Assembly (NCBI GenBank): GCA_040766775.1
Contig: JAXGPT010000002.1
Span: 34,607-98,606 of the forward strand
Source of the DNA: Bacillota bacterium
GTDB lineage: Bacteria; Bacillota; Clostridia; Ch29
Direction: 5' to 3'
DNA: 64,000 nucleotides
Below, piece by piece: positions 45,131 through 55,658 of this stretch (position 1 is its first letter; each line of letters begins with the position of its first letter). The position numbers and the translations under genes were made by a program. The notes below the pieces were generated by a model, which saw only the letters and a list, made by a program, of their open reading frames with translations, did no database searches and was not told the DNA's origin.

Positions 45131-46296
45131 GACCCGTCTCCTTTATTCGTCATTAAAACGTACTGCGCAAGCTCATCCCGGCTGGATATATACAGCTTTT
45201 CGTAGATTTCCAGCATGATATTCTTTAGCCTTCCGACGGAAATATTATTCTGCTTTGCGATTTTTGCATAAGGAACGCGGCGCGCCACCAGCTGTGCCAG
45301 ATGTGCTTCCCGCAGGGAAAGAATCAATGTGATGTTATCCTTGGTGAAATGGTTGTGAAAGGTGACCCAATTTTTAACCGTGCGCTTCCACTGCTCTATG
45401 ACGGCATCGAAGCAGGCGGGGAACGCCTCCTCCAGGCACTGCTCCATAAGGCCGCCGAAATCGGAAACAAGTTCCGCAAAGGGTGTGATAAAGCCGTGGG
45501 GCAGGGCAATACCCATGGTTCCCAGCAGCCGGCGCCTGGCCTCATCCTTGCGTCCAAGGCAATGACAGGCAAGAGCGCATACTACCCGCAGATAAAGCTC
45601 CGGGAACGTGATACCCCGCTCCGGGGGGCTAAAGGCCAGCGCTGACTGCGCCACGGCCAGCGCGATTTCATATTTCCCGATGCACATAAAATATTTTGCT
45701 CGCAAATAGAGCATGTACGGCGGTTTCACCTGCGGCGGCAAAGTGCTGAAATCTCCCGCCGACAGCCACCCGGGAACCATGTTCGGGGCGGCCACGCTAA
45801 CAGCGACGCTGGCCAGCGCAAGCTCCGCGATAGCGGAAATGTCACTGCCGCGGCTCGCGTCCAAAAAGCTTTTGAGATAAGCCTCGATCTTTAGATACGC
45901 AGGGTAGTCTCCCAGGCTGATAGCCGCTGCGACTGCTGCCAGGGACGCACGCAGCCTTGCCGCTTCGTCCCCTTCGGTCATATCGTAGCAGCGCATTGTG
46001 CGTGCGAAATCGCCCCGCAGGTAGGCAAGCTCGCCCTCGTATTGAAGCCGCAGCTTTTCCTCCTTCACGGTTTTCAAAACCGCATCAGGGTCATGGGCAG
46101 GCATGGGTAAGGAAGTTGCTTCAATCACACGGGCAAGCTCGGAGGACAGCGATTGTCCCGGCGGCTTTTTCCCTTTGCGCGGATCGGCGGGTTTTTCCGC
46201 GTCGTCAGGAATCATCCACGACCTTCCGTATTTTTTGGCACGGGGTATCCGGTTATCGGATAAAAGCCGCTGCACCTGCCTGAGGATACGCCCCAT
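45127..46296 (-). CDS. Transcriptional regulator with N-terminal excisionase-like HTH and C-terminal LuxR-type HTH
   Basis: N-terminus ..IPRAKKYGRSWMIPDDAE.. (HTH_17-like); C-terminus ..LSLREAHLAQLVARRVPYAKIAKQNNISVGRLKNIMLEIYEKL.. (LuxR/GerE); helical middle. Confidence 0.6.
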   Translation of the reverse strand: MGRILRQVQRLLSDNRIPRAKKYGRSWMIPDDAEKPADPRKGKKPPGQSLSSELARVIEATSLPMPAHDPDAVLKTVKEEKLRLQYEGELAYLRGDFARTMRCYDMTEGDEAARLRASLAAVAAAISLGDYPAYLKIEAYLKSFLDASRGSDISAIAELALASVAVSVAAPNMVPGWLSAGDFSTLPPQVKPPYMLYLRAKYFMCIGKYEIALAVAQSALAFSPPERGITFPELYLRVVCALACHCLGRKDEARRRLLGTMGIALPHGFITPFAELVSDFGGLMEQCLEEAFPACFDAVIEQWKRTVKNWVTFHNHFTKDNITLILSLREAHLAQLVARRVPYAKIAKQNNISVGRLKNIMLEIYEKLYISSRDELAQYVLMTNKGDGS

Positions 46297-46689
46297 TTTT
46301 CGGAAGCCTCTGCAGCCGATATGTATTCCATCCTCAAACGGACCTTTCTATTGGAAAATTATAGATTTATTATAGTCGTTTGAACGGCGTTTTGCAACTG
46401 CATTGGAACAGCTTTTCCATATCGCCTTGTTTTTCCGAGCCTTGCGTACGGCTGTTTAACTTTGGGTGAGCATGTTCCTTCCTGTGGCGTTGCCCGGGCC
46501 GTATAAGGCCAAACAAAAAACAATTTATGGCCGGAAGCTCTCTCCGGGCGGAAGAAATATTGAATCCTGCTATTACATATGCTACACTCATTTTGCGGTG
46601 TTAAACAAACGGCACGGTGTAAATAATATACTAAAGGGATTACTGTTTAAATAACAGGCGGCTATTGAAAGGGACAAAAAGAAAAGGAA

Positions 46690-47937
46690 ATGACAGAAAT
46701 TAAACCAAGGTGGGAGGATGCGGGTATGGATACGGACGGAATCATGGAAGGCTTAATAAAGGAGAATAATTCAAAGATCGTGATGGTGGTGATGGACGGC
46801 CTGGGGGATATCCCCTGCCCGGAGTTTGATAACAAAACGCCGCTGGAGTACGCAAAAACCCCCAACATGGACGCGCTGGCAAGGGAATCGGTATGTGGAA
46901 GGCACATCCCGGTTATGCCGGGAATAACCCCCGGCAGCGGTCCCGGTCACCTGGGCATTTTCGGGTATGACCCCAAAAAAGTCGTGATTGGCAGGGGCGT
47001 GCTGGAGGCGGTGGGGCTTGGGCTGGAACTCAAGCACGGAGACGTTGCCGCCAGGGCGAACTTTGCCACGCTGGATGACAGCGGGCGCATAACCGACCGA
47101 AGGGCGGGAAGGATACCCACTGAGAAGAATAAAGAACTTTGCGGCATACTGGGTGAAATAAGGGAAATAGACGGCGTGGAGATAATAGTCCGGCCGGGCA
47201 AGGGGCACCGGTTTGTGGTAATACTTAGGGGTGACAACCTGAACCCCGCCGTGGACGATACCGACCCGCAGCACGAGGGACATGCCCCCCTTCAGGCAAA
47301 GCCTCAGAAGGAAGAGGCGGCCTTTACAGCGGGCATAATAAACAAGTTTGTTGAAAGGGCTGAGAGGCTTTTACATAACCATCATCCGGCCAACGGGATA
47401 CTGCTTCGGGGCATATCCTCAAGGCCGAAGATTCCCGGGTTTAAGGAGAAATACAAGCTGGAAGCCGCGGCCATTGCTTCCTACCCGATGTACCGGGGCA
47501 TAGCCGACCTTTTGGGAATGACGCTGCTTCCCGCGCCGGATTCGATAGAGGGATTGTTTAAGACCTACCTGGAGTTTCACAACAAGTACGACTTTTTCTT
47601 CATACACGTAAAGGGCACCGACCAGGCGGGGGAAGACGGGGAGTTCCTTACAAAGGTGAACGTTATTGAAAAGGTGGACAGGGCCCTGCCCATACTGCTT
47701 GAAAAGAAGCCCAACGTGCTGGCCATAACCGGCGACCATTCATCGCCCTGCCCTATGCGGTCCCACAGCTGGCACCCGGTGCCGGTGCTTGTGAACTCGC
47801 AGTTCTGCGGCAGCGACGACGCGGTCCGTTTTACCGAGAACCAGTGCAACATCGGTGGCCTTGGCTTCTTTGAAAGCAGGCACCTTATGCCGCTTCTCAT
47901 GGCAAACGCGCTTCGCCTTGACAAGTACGGCGCTTAA
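46690..47937 (+). CDS. apgM: Cofactor-independent phosphoglycerate mutase, archaeal type (ApgM family)
   Basis: ..MVVMDGLGD...HSWHPVPVLV.. motifs; intact. Confidence 0.8.
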   Translation: MTEIKPRWEDAGMDTDGIMEGLIKENNSKIVMVVMDGLGDIPCPEFDNKTPLEYAKTPNMDALARESVCGRHIPVMPGITPGSGPGHLGIFGYDPKKVVIGRGVLEAVGLGLELKHGDVAARANFATLDDSGRITDRRAGRIPTEKNKELCGILGEIREIDGVEIIVRPGKGHRFVVILRGDNLNPAVDDTDPQHEGHAPLQAKPQKEEAAFTAGIINKFVERAERLLHNHHPANGILLRGISSRPKIPGFKEKYKLEAAAIASYPMYRGIADLLGMTLLPAPDSIEGLFKTYLEFHNKYDFFFIHVKGTDQAGEDGEFLTKVNVIEKVDRALPILLEKKPNVLAITGDHSSPCPMRSHSWHPVPVLVNSQFCGSDDAVRFTENQCNIGGLGFFESRHLMPLLMANALRLDKYGA

Positions 47938-47987
47938 AGCATTTTCAGATAAGCGGGTATTCATGAAGCCTAAATATACTTTATCTA

Positions 47988-48030
47988 TAAGCCGAATCTC
48001 TGCTGTATGCAGTACCTAGTATATGGCAGA
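47988..48030. terminator. Terminator between apgM and the convergent leuB-like gene
   Basis: ctctgc...gcagag hairpin followed by TTTTTA. Confidence 0.5.
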
Positions 48031-48046
48031 GTTTTTATTTACACTG

Positions 48047-49120
48047 CTACCGCAGGGCAGCGGCAAGGGCGCTGCATATCATATCCCCCACGCCTGAGGT
48101 GGTTCCCTTTCCGCCCAGGTCGGGGGTCAGCTTTTCTTTATACTTGAGTACCTCTGTGACTGCGTCCATTATAGCTGTGCCTTCCCGTTCGTGGCCTAAA
48201 AAGTCCAGCATCAGCTTAACCGTCCATATCATGGCTATCGGGTTGGATATCCCCCTGCCCGCAATGTTCGGGGCGGAGCCGTGGACCGGTTCGAACATTG
48301 ACGGGTACTTACTCTCGGGGTTTAGGTTTGCCCCCGCGGCAAATCCCAGCCCTCCCTGGAGTGCCGCCCCAAGGTCGGTGAGTATATCGCCGAAGAGATT
48401 GGAAGCCACCACCACGTCAAAGTCCTCCGGATTCTGGACCATGTACATTGCCGCCGCATCCACGTGGAAGGATTGGGTTTCTATATCGGGATACCTTTCG
48501 GAAAGTTCCCTAAACACCCTGTCCCAGAACACCATGCTGTAGTTCATCGCGTTGGATTTGGTAATGCTGGTAAGTTTTTTGCCCCTATTTCGGGCCAGCC
48601 TGAAGGCGTAGTCCATAACCCTTTCGGTGTTTTTCCTGGTGAAAACGCTGGTCTGAAGCGCCGTTTCCTCGGCGGTGCCCTGCCTTATAAAGCCGCCGAT
48701 GCCGGCGTACTCCCCTTCGGTGTTTTCCCTGACAAAAACCATGTCAATGTCCGCCGGTCCCTTGTTTTTTACCGGGCACTCAATACCGGGCAAAAGTTTT
48801 ACAGGCCTTAGGTTTATGTACTGGTCAAATCCCTGCCTTATTTTAAGGAGAAGGTCCCTTAAAGATATGTGGTCGGGGACTCCGGGAAAGCCTACCGCCC
48901 CCAAAAGGATAGCGTCGTATCCTCTTAGAATGTCCAGCCCGTCCTCCGCCATCATTCTGCCGTGTTTCAGGTAATATTCGCATCCCCAGTCGTAATGGTC
49001 GGTTTCAAAGTAAAGGCCGCCGTGCAGCCGCGCGATTTCATTCAAGACCTTTATTCCTTCCCGCATTACCTCTTTTCCCGCGCCGTCCCCGGGAATGACC
49101 GCTATTTTATATTTTTTCAT
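48047..49120 (-). CDS. Isopropylmalate/tartrate dehydrogenase family oxidoreductase (LeuB/TtuC-like)
   Basis: KIAVIPGDGAGKEV N-terminus, 357 aa; cannot tell LeuB from tartrate/D-malate dehydrogenase. Confidence 0.75.
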   Translation of the reverse strand: MKKYKIAVIPGDGAGKEVMREGIKVLNEIARLHGGLYFETDHYDWGCEYYLKHGRMMAEDGLDILRGYDAILLGAVGFPGVPDHISLRDLLLKIRQGFDQYINLRPVKLLPGIECPVKNKGPADIDMVFVRENTEGEYAGIGGFIRQGTAEETALQTSVFTRKNTERVMDYAFRLARNRGKKLTSITKSNAMNYSMVFWDRVFRELSERYPDIETQSFHVDAAAMYMVQNPEDFDVVVASNLFGDILTDLGAALQGGLGFAAGANLNPESKYPSMFEPVHGSAPNIAGRGISNPIAMIWTVKLMLDFLGHEREGTAIMDAVTEVLKYKEKLTPDLGGKGTTSGVGDMICSALAAALR

Positions 49121-49376
49121 ATTAAAACCCCCTCAAAACGCTGTCAAAAGAATTCTACCAGAAATGCCGCCGGTTTACCAGCAGGCCGCGCTTAGATTAT
49201 TTCCGCGGATTCCAGTTGACAAAACACGAACATTAGAATTCAAAAATTAATAAATATACGTTATATAATATACAAACCGGCGATTCTAAAGAGATTTATT
49301 CGTTATTCCTATTGACACTGACAAGCCCCTTTGTTAATATTTAAAATAAAGGAAAGAATATAGCTGAATAAGTGTT

Positions 49377-49552
49377 TCGCTCATATAATGGCGGGAATTG
49401 GCCCGCGAGTTTCTACCAGGCGACCGTAAATCGCCTGACTATGGGTGAAAGCGGGTTTCTTACGTTTTAAACCCGTGTACGTTTTGTACCCCCCGTAAGA
49501 TAAACCCTGCGGAGGTTTCACCTGTATACACCGCAGGGTTTGTACATTTTTC
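49377..49552 (+). ncRNA. Guanine riboswitch (aptamer 49377-49447) with terminator-type expression platform, leader of the pur operon
   Basis: cucAUAUAAUggcGGGAAUUGGCCCGCgAGUUUCUACCaGGCgACCGUAAAUcGCCuGACUAUGggug matches the xpt/purE guanine aptamer with C in GACUAUG; then accctgcgg...ccgcagggt hairpin plus U-tract. Confidence 0.9.
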
Positions 49553-49569
49553 GAAAGGAGTTTTGATGT

Positions 49570-50067
49570 ATGCCAAAGGTTGCGGTTGTAATGGGAAGCG
49601 ATTCCGACCTTCCGGTGCTGGAAAAGGCTATCGACCTGCTGGCGGATTTTGGTATCCAGAGGGAGCTAAGGGTTATATCCGCCCACAGGACCCCGGATGC
49701 GGCGGTGAAGTTTGCCAAGGGAGCGCAGCGGTCGGGAGTGGAGCTAATAATTGCGGCCGCCGGAAAGGCCGCTCATCTTCCCGGGGTGCTGGCATCAATG
49801 ACAACCATTCCTGTTATTGGAGTGCCGGTTAAGTCGTCCTTCATGGACGGGCTGGATTCGCTTCTTTCCATGGTGCAGATGCCCAGCGGCGTACCGGTGG
49901 CTACGGTGGGCATAAACGCCGCCGAGAACGCCGCGCTGCTGGCGGTGCAAATGCTTGCGCTGAAGCACCCCGAGCTGGAAGAAAAACTGGCAAAACATAG
50001 GGCTGAAATGGCGGATGCGGTAAAGGAAAAGGATGCAAAAATCAGCGGTCAAATGGGAGGTAGATAA
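49570..50067 (+). CDS. purE: N5-carboxyaminoimidazole ribonucleotide mutase
   Basis: Canonical PurE (..GSDSDLPV..AHRTPD..). Confidence 0.9.
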   Translation: MPKVAVVMGSDSDLPVLEKAIDLLADFGIQRELRVISAHRTPDAAVKFAKGAQRSGVELIIAAAGKAAHLPGVLASMTTIPVIGVPVKSSFMDGLDSLLSMVQMPSGVPVATVGINAAENAALLAVQMLALKHPELEEKLAKHRAEMADAVKEKDAKISGQMGGR

Positions 50068-50068
50068 C

Positions 50069-50323
50069 ATGTTTTACGCAAAGGTGTTTGTAACACTAAA
50101 GAAAAGCATAGCCGACCCCCAGGGAAACGCGATAAAAGGGGCACTTCTGTTCATGGGATACGACGGCGTGAAGGACGTCCGCATGGGAAAACTGATAGAG
50201 ATTAAGCTGGAGGACTGCTGCAGCGCGAAGGCACGGGAGAAGGTGGAGAAAATGTGCAATACACTGCTGGCAAACGCGGTGATTGAGGATTACTCATACG
50301 AAATAACGGAGGTACAGCCATGA
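50069..50323 (+). CDS. purS: FGAM synthase subunit PurS
   Basis: 84 aa from [14 protein letters not shown].. Confidence 0.8.
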   Translation: MFYAKVFVTLKKSIADPQGNAIKGALLFMGYDGVKDVRMGKLIEIKLEDCCSAKAREKVEKMCNTLLANAVIEDYSYEITEVQP

Positions 50324-51039
50324 GGTTCGGAGTGGTGGTTTTCCCGGGTTCCAATTGTGATGTTGACTGCTACCATGCCCTAAGGGACGTTATGGGACAG
50401 GACGCCGAATACATCTGGCATAAGGCCGACAGCCTGGATTCCTTTGACTGCATAGTGCTGCCGGGGGGGTCCACTTACGGCGGCTACCTCCGGAGCGGCG
50501 CCATTGCAAGGTTTTCCCCGGTAATGGAAAGGGTTGTAGAGTTTGCCCTAAGCGGCAAACCGGTTATAGGGATTTCCGACGGGTTTCATGTGCTGACCGA
50601 GGCCGGCCTGCTGCCGGGGGCCATGCTCCGTAACAAGAGCATGAAGTTCATATGTGACAATGTGTATATAAAGGTGGAAAGCTCCGGCACTCCCTTTACA
50701 AACCTATGCAGGGACGGGCAGGTGCTGAAAATGCCTATAGCCCACTGGGACGGGAACTATTACGCGGACAGTGATACGCTGAGGGAAATGGAACAAAACA
50801 AGCAGGTGGTATTCAGGTACTGCAGCCCGAAAGGGCATATAAGCGGCGAATCCAATCCCAACGGCTCACTGCAAAATATTGCCGGTGTCTGCAACCGGGA
50901 AGGGAATGTTTTGGGGATGATGCCTCACCCTGAAAGGTGCGTGGAAGAGATACTTGGCGGCAGGGACGGAATAGTGATTTTCCAATCGATAATCAACTAC
51001 TTGAAGGGAGGCATGGCCGGTGGAAAAGAAACCCTATGA
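50320..51039 (+). CDS. purQ: FGAM synthase glutaminase subunit PurQ (nucleophile motif reads SDGFH, not CNGFQ)
   Basis: VVFPGSNCD.., ..[14 protein letters not shown].., ..MMPHPER.. present. Confidence 0.8.
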   Translation: MRFGVVVFPGSNCDVDCYHALRDVMGQDAEYIWHKADSLDSFDCIVLPGGSTYGGYLRSGAIARFSPVMERVVEFALSGKPVIGISDGFHVLTEAGLLPGAMLRNKSMKFICDNVYIKVESSGTPFTNLCRDGQVLKMPIAHWDGNYYADSDTLREMEQNKQVVFRYCSPKGHISGESNPNGSLQNIAGVCNREGNVLGMMPHPERCVEEILGGRDGIVIFQSIINYLKGGMAGGKETL

Positions 51040-53220
51040 AAAGGTGGGGCTCACCAGAGAGGAGTACCAAAGAATCCTGGACATACTGGGAAGGGAGCCC
51101 AACGAGCTGGAACTGAACATGTACGGTGTTATGTGGTCGGAGCACTGCAGCTACAAGAACTCAAAGCCGGTTCTTAAAATGTTTCCCACCTCCGGCGAAA
51201 GGGTACTGCAGGGGCCGGGGGAGAATGCGGGCATAGTGGACATCGGCGACGGCCTTGCGGTGGTAATGAAGATTGAAAGCCACAACCACCCATCGGCGGT
51301 GGAGCCTTACCAGGGCGCAGCCACCGGGGTGGGCGGCATTGTAAGGGATATTTTCACAATGGGGGCAAGGCCGGTGGCGCTGCTAGGTTCGCTGCGGTTT
51401 GGCGAACTGGACAATGAAAGGACAAAGTACCTTTTCGAAAAGGTTATAGAGGGTATTGCAGGGTACGGCAACTCATTAGGAATACCCACCGTGGGCGGAG
51501 AGGTGTATTTCAACGACTGTTACCGGGGCAATCCGCTGGTAAACGCCATGGGTGTAGGCCTTATCCGTCACGATGATATAAAGCGTGGTACCGCCGCCGG
51601 GGCGGGGAACGCGGTAATGATTGTAGGGGCTTTTACCGGCAGGGACGGAATAGGGGTGCCAGCTTTGCATCGACGGAATTAAACGAAGAATCCGAGGAAA
51701 AACGTTCGCCGATGCAGGTGGGGGACCCCTTCATGGAAAAGCTTCTGCTGGAGGCGTGCCTTGAGCTGTTTAAAACCGGGTACGTAGTGGGAATGCAGGA
51801 CCTGGGAGCGGCGGGGCTTACGTCGGCCTCCAGCGAGACCGCAAGCCGCGGCGACAGTGGAATTGAAATTGACGTCGCATTGGTACCCAGGAGGGAAACC
51901 GGCATGATACCGGTGGAGGTTATGATTTCGGAATCCCAGGAGCGCATGCTGGTAATAGTGGAAAAGGGAAAGGAACAAGAAGTAACAGACATATTTGAAA
52001 AATGGGGCCTTCACTCGGCGGTTATCGGAAGAGTGACCACTGATGGGATGCTTACCATAAGGGAAAACGGCGAAGTGGTGGGAAGGGTCCCGGCAAAGTC
52101 ATTGGCGGAGGATGCTCCGGTCTATCATAGGGAGTATAAGGAACCGGCTTACTATAAGCAGCTTAAAGACCTGGATATGGAAAGCCTTGAAATGCCGGAC
52201 GACTTTAACGATGTGCTTGTTAGACTATTAAGAAGTCCCAATATCGCCAGCAGGGAATGGGCATACCGCCAGTTCGACCACATGGTGGGGACCTGTACCG
52301 CCGTAGGCCCCGGGTCCGACGCGGCGGTGATAAGGATAAGGGGAACCGAAAAGGCCATAGCCTTAACCACCGACTGCAACAGCAGGTACTGCTACCTTGA
52401 CCCGGGGACGGGCGGCGCCCTTGCGGTGGCGGAGGCTGCCCGGAACCTGGTGTGCAGCGGGGCAAGGCCGCTGGCGGCGACCGACTGCCTGAACTTTGGC
52501 AACCCGGAAAAGCCGGAGGTGTTCTGGCAGTTCCGCCTAGCGGTGTCCGGGATGAGCGAAGCGTGCCGGGCGCTGGATACGCCGATTATAAGTGGCAATG
52601 TAAGTTTCTACAACGAAACGGATACCGACGCGGTGTTCCCCACGCCGGTGGTGGGCATGGTGGGGCTTATAGAGGACACGGCCCATATCACCACCCAGGC
52701 CTTCAAAGACCGGGGGGATGTTATAGTGCTGCTGGGCGAAAACGGCGAAGAGGCCGGGGGCAGCGAGTACCTGAAGGTTATTCACGGCCTGGAGAAGGGC
52801 AGCGTGCCGGTCCTTGACCTTGGGCGGGAAAAGAAAGTGCAGGACTGCTGCCTTGAACTCATAAGGAACGGGCTTGTAAAATCCGCCCATGACTGCAGCG
52901 AGGGCGGTATTGCGGTAGCCCTTGCCGAAAGCTGCATATCCGGGGGCAAAGGGGCCCGGGTGGCCTTTGAAGGCTGCGGCCGCAGCGATTTGCTGCTGTT
53001 CGGTGAAACCCAGTCCAGGATACTGGTCACGGTGGAGGAGGACCGCCTGGAGGACCTTTTGGAAACCGCCGGCCGGCTTGGAGTGTCCGCCGCGGTGCTG
53101 GGACGGGTTGAGGATGAAGGCTTGGAAATATCGGTAGATGGTCAAAAATTGATAGGGCTTTCTGTTAAGGAATTGGAAACCAACTGGCGGGAGGCTTTGC
53201 AATGTATTATGGCAAAGTAG
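51020..53220 (+). CDS. purL: FGAM synthase large subunit PurL (one frameshift near 51655)
   Basis: Two ORFs (51020-51682, 51712-53220) joining at ..GVPAlhrr|[25 protein letters not shown].. Confidence 0.85.
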
Positions 53221-54581
53221 CGGACAATAAGCTGCATGAGGAATGCGGCGTTTTCGGGATATATGGAGTAGAAGGCATGGACATTTCCAGGACAACCTAT
53301 TACGGGTTGTACGCGCTGCAGCACCGGGGCCAGGAAAGCGCCGGCATAGCGGTGGCGGCAGCAGGTAAAATCAAGTATTACAAGCAGATGGGCCTTGTGT
53401 CGGAGGTGTTCGACGATCTGATACTGGAGAGCCTGGAGGGATGTATTTCCTGCGGCCATGTGAGGTATTCCACCATCGGGGACAGCCACGTCATAAACTC
53501 CCAGCCGCTGGTGGTAAAATACAGGAACGGCAGCCTTGCGGTGGCCCATAACGGTAGCCTGGTTAATGCGGATAAGCTGCGGGGGGAGCTGGAGCAGGAG
53601 GGGGTAATTTTCCAGACCACGGTGGACAGCGAGGTGATTACAAACCTGGTGGCGCGAAAGGACCGCGGTGACATCCTGGAGGCTGTCCTGGAGACCATGG
53701 ACTGCATAAGAGGAGCCTATGCCCTGATAATAATGACCGGCGACAAGCTGATAGGGGTAAGGGACCCCAACGGGATACGTCCCCTAAGCATAGGCAGGAA
53801 GAACGATTTTTACATGCTATCCTCAGAAAGCTGTGCCTTTGACACGGTAGGGGCAAAGCTTTTAAGGGACGTTGAGCCGGGGGAAATTGTGGTTATTGAC
53901 CGGGAGGGGCTTCGCAGCTTTCACTACGGCGGGCCCAGGGCAAGCAACCTGTGCGTGTTTGAGTTCATATACTTCGGCAGGCCGGACAGCGTAATAGCAG
54001 GCAAAAATATTTATATGGCCCGCCGCAGGGCGGGAGCCAGCCTTTACAGGGAATGCCCGGCGGATGCCGATATAGTGATTTCGGTACCGGACTCCGGTAC
54101 CGCCGCGGCCATAGGTTATTCGGAGGCTTCCGGGATCCCCTTTATGGAGGGGCTGGTAAAAAACCGGTACGTGGGCAGGACCTTCATTCAGCCGAGGCAG
54201 AGGCAGCGGGAGATAGGCGTGGCGTTAAAGTTGAACGTCCTGGGGGACATGGTAAAGGGCAAGAGGGTTGTAATGGTAGATGATTCGATAGTAAGGGGTA
54301 CCACCAGTCGCAACCTGGTCAGGATGCTGAAGAACGCCGGCGCGGTGGAGGTGCATTTCCGGGTGAGTTCCCCGCCGGTGCAGCACCCTTGCTACTATGG
54401 GATAGATACTCCGACCAGGGAAAACCTGGTGGGCGCAAACCTCAGCGTTGAGGAGATAAGGGACAGAATAGAGGCGGACAGCCTGGGGTACTTGAGCCTG
54501 GAAGGGCTGCTGGAGGCGGTAGGGGAAAGTACCGGGTACTGCCACGCGTGCTTCAGCGGCAACTACCCGATTGAGAAGTGA
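53202..54581 (+). CDS. purF: Amidophosphoribosyltransferase
   Basis: N-terminal ..CGVFGIYG.. (Ntn Cys), PRTase motif; intact. Confidence 0.9.
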   Translation: MYYGKVADNKLHEECGVFGIYGVEGMDISRTTYYGLYALQHRGQESAGIAVAAAGKIKYYKQMGLVSEVFDDLILESLEGCISCGHVRYSTIGDSHVINSQPLVVKYRNGSLAVAHNGSLVNADKLRGELEQEGVIFQTTVDSEVITNLVARKDRGDILEAVLETMDCIRGAYALIIMTGDKLIGVRDPNGIRPLSIGRKNDFYMLSSESCAFDTVGAKLLRDVEPGEIVVIDREGLRSFHYGGPRASNLCVFEFIYFGRPDSVIAGKNIYMARRRAGASLYRECPADADIVISVPDSGTAAAIGYSEASGIPFMEGLVKNRYVGRTFIQPRQRQREIGVALKLNVLGDMVKGKRVVMVDDSIVRGTTSRNLVRMLKNAGAVEVHFRVSSPPVQHPCYYGIDTPTRENLVGANLSVEEIRDRIEADSLGYLSLEGLLEAVGESTGYCHACFSGNYPIEK

Positions 54582-54613
54582 GAAGTGAGAAGTGAGAGGT
54601 GAGAGGTGAGAGG
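54572..54613 (+). repeat. Six tandem copies of heptamer GAGARGT spanning the purF stop codon
   Basis: gagaagt gagaagt gagaagt gagaggt gagaggt gagagg. Confidence 0.8.
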
Positions 54614-54638
54614 CGGTAAGAAGAATGGGAGGGTTATT

Positions 54639-55655
54639 ATGGAGAGGATGACCTACAGGGATTCCGGGGTGGACATCGACGCCGGCGCCAAGGCGGTGGA
54701 GCTTATGAAGGGGTACGTTGCGAAAACTCGTACTCCGGGGGTTATAAGCGGCATAGGGGGGTTTGGCGCAGCCTTCCGGCCGGACCTTACCGGCTACAGG
54801 GAACCGGTTCTGGTGTCGGGTACCGACGGTGTGGGTACCAAGCTGAAGATTGCCTTTATGATGGACAGGCACGATACCATAGGTATAGACTGTGTGGCCA
54901 TGTGCGTGAATGATATCGCCTGCATGGGTGCAAGGACGTTATTTTTCCTGGACTATATAGCCACCGGGAAACTGGAGCCGCAAAAGGTTGCGGACATTGT
55001 AAAGGGTATATCCGAGGGCTGTTGCGAGGCGGGGTGCGCCCTTATAGGCGGTGAAACGGCGGAAATGCCCGGCTTTTACAGCCCCGGCGAGTACGACCTG
55101 GCGGGCTTTGCGGTGGGCATCGTAGACCGGGAAAGTATAATAGACGGCAGCAGTATTAAGGAGGGGGACCTATTGGTGGGCCTGCCCTCCTCGGGACTTC
55201 ACAGCAACGGCTATTCGCTGGTCAGGAAAGTATTGTTCGAAAAGGAGGGTATGTCTGTCCAAACCTATGTGGAGGACTTCGGCTGCTCCCTCGGCGAGGA
55301 ACTCTTAAAGCCCACCAGGATTTATGTTAAACAGGTATTGAAGGCGGTGAAAACTGCCGATGTAAAGGGTATAGCCCATATTACCGGCGGCGGGTTCTTT
55401 GAGAACATTCCCAGGATAATACCCGACGGATTAAGGGCGGATATTTACCCGGACCGCTGGAAGGTACCGGAGGTATTTAAGTTCATCCAGCACCGGGGCG
55501 GTATCGGGCAGCAGGAAATGTTCAGAACCTTCAACATGGGAATAGGCCTCGTCCTGGCGGCGGACCCGGGGCAGGCGGAAAAACTGCTTGAAAGTCTGCA
55601 AAGCGACGGCGCCGTGGTGATAGGGCGTATATCCCCGGGAACCGGAGGAATAAAA
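54639..55655 (+). CDS. purM: Phosphoribosylformylglycinamidine cyclo-ligase (AIR synthetase)
   Basis: ..DSGVDIDAG..GIGGFG..GTDGVGTK.. ; reads through into purN in the track ORF because of an indel. Confidence 0.8.
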
Positions 55656-55658
55656 CTA

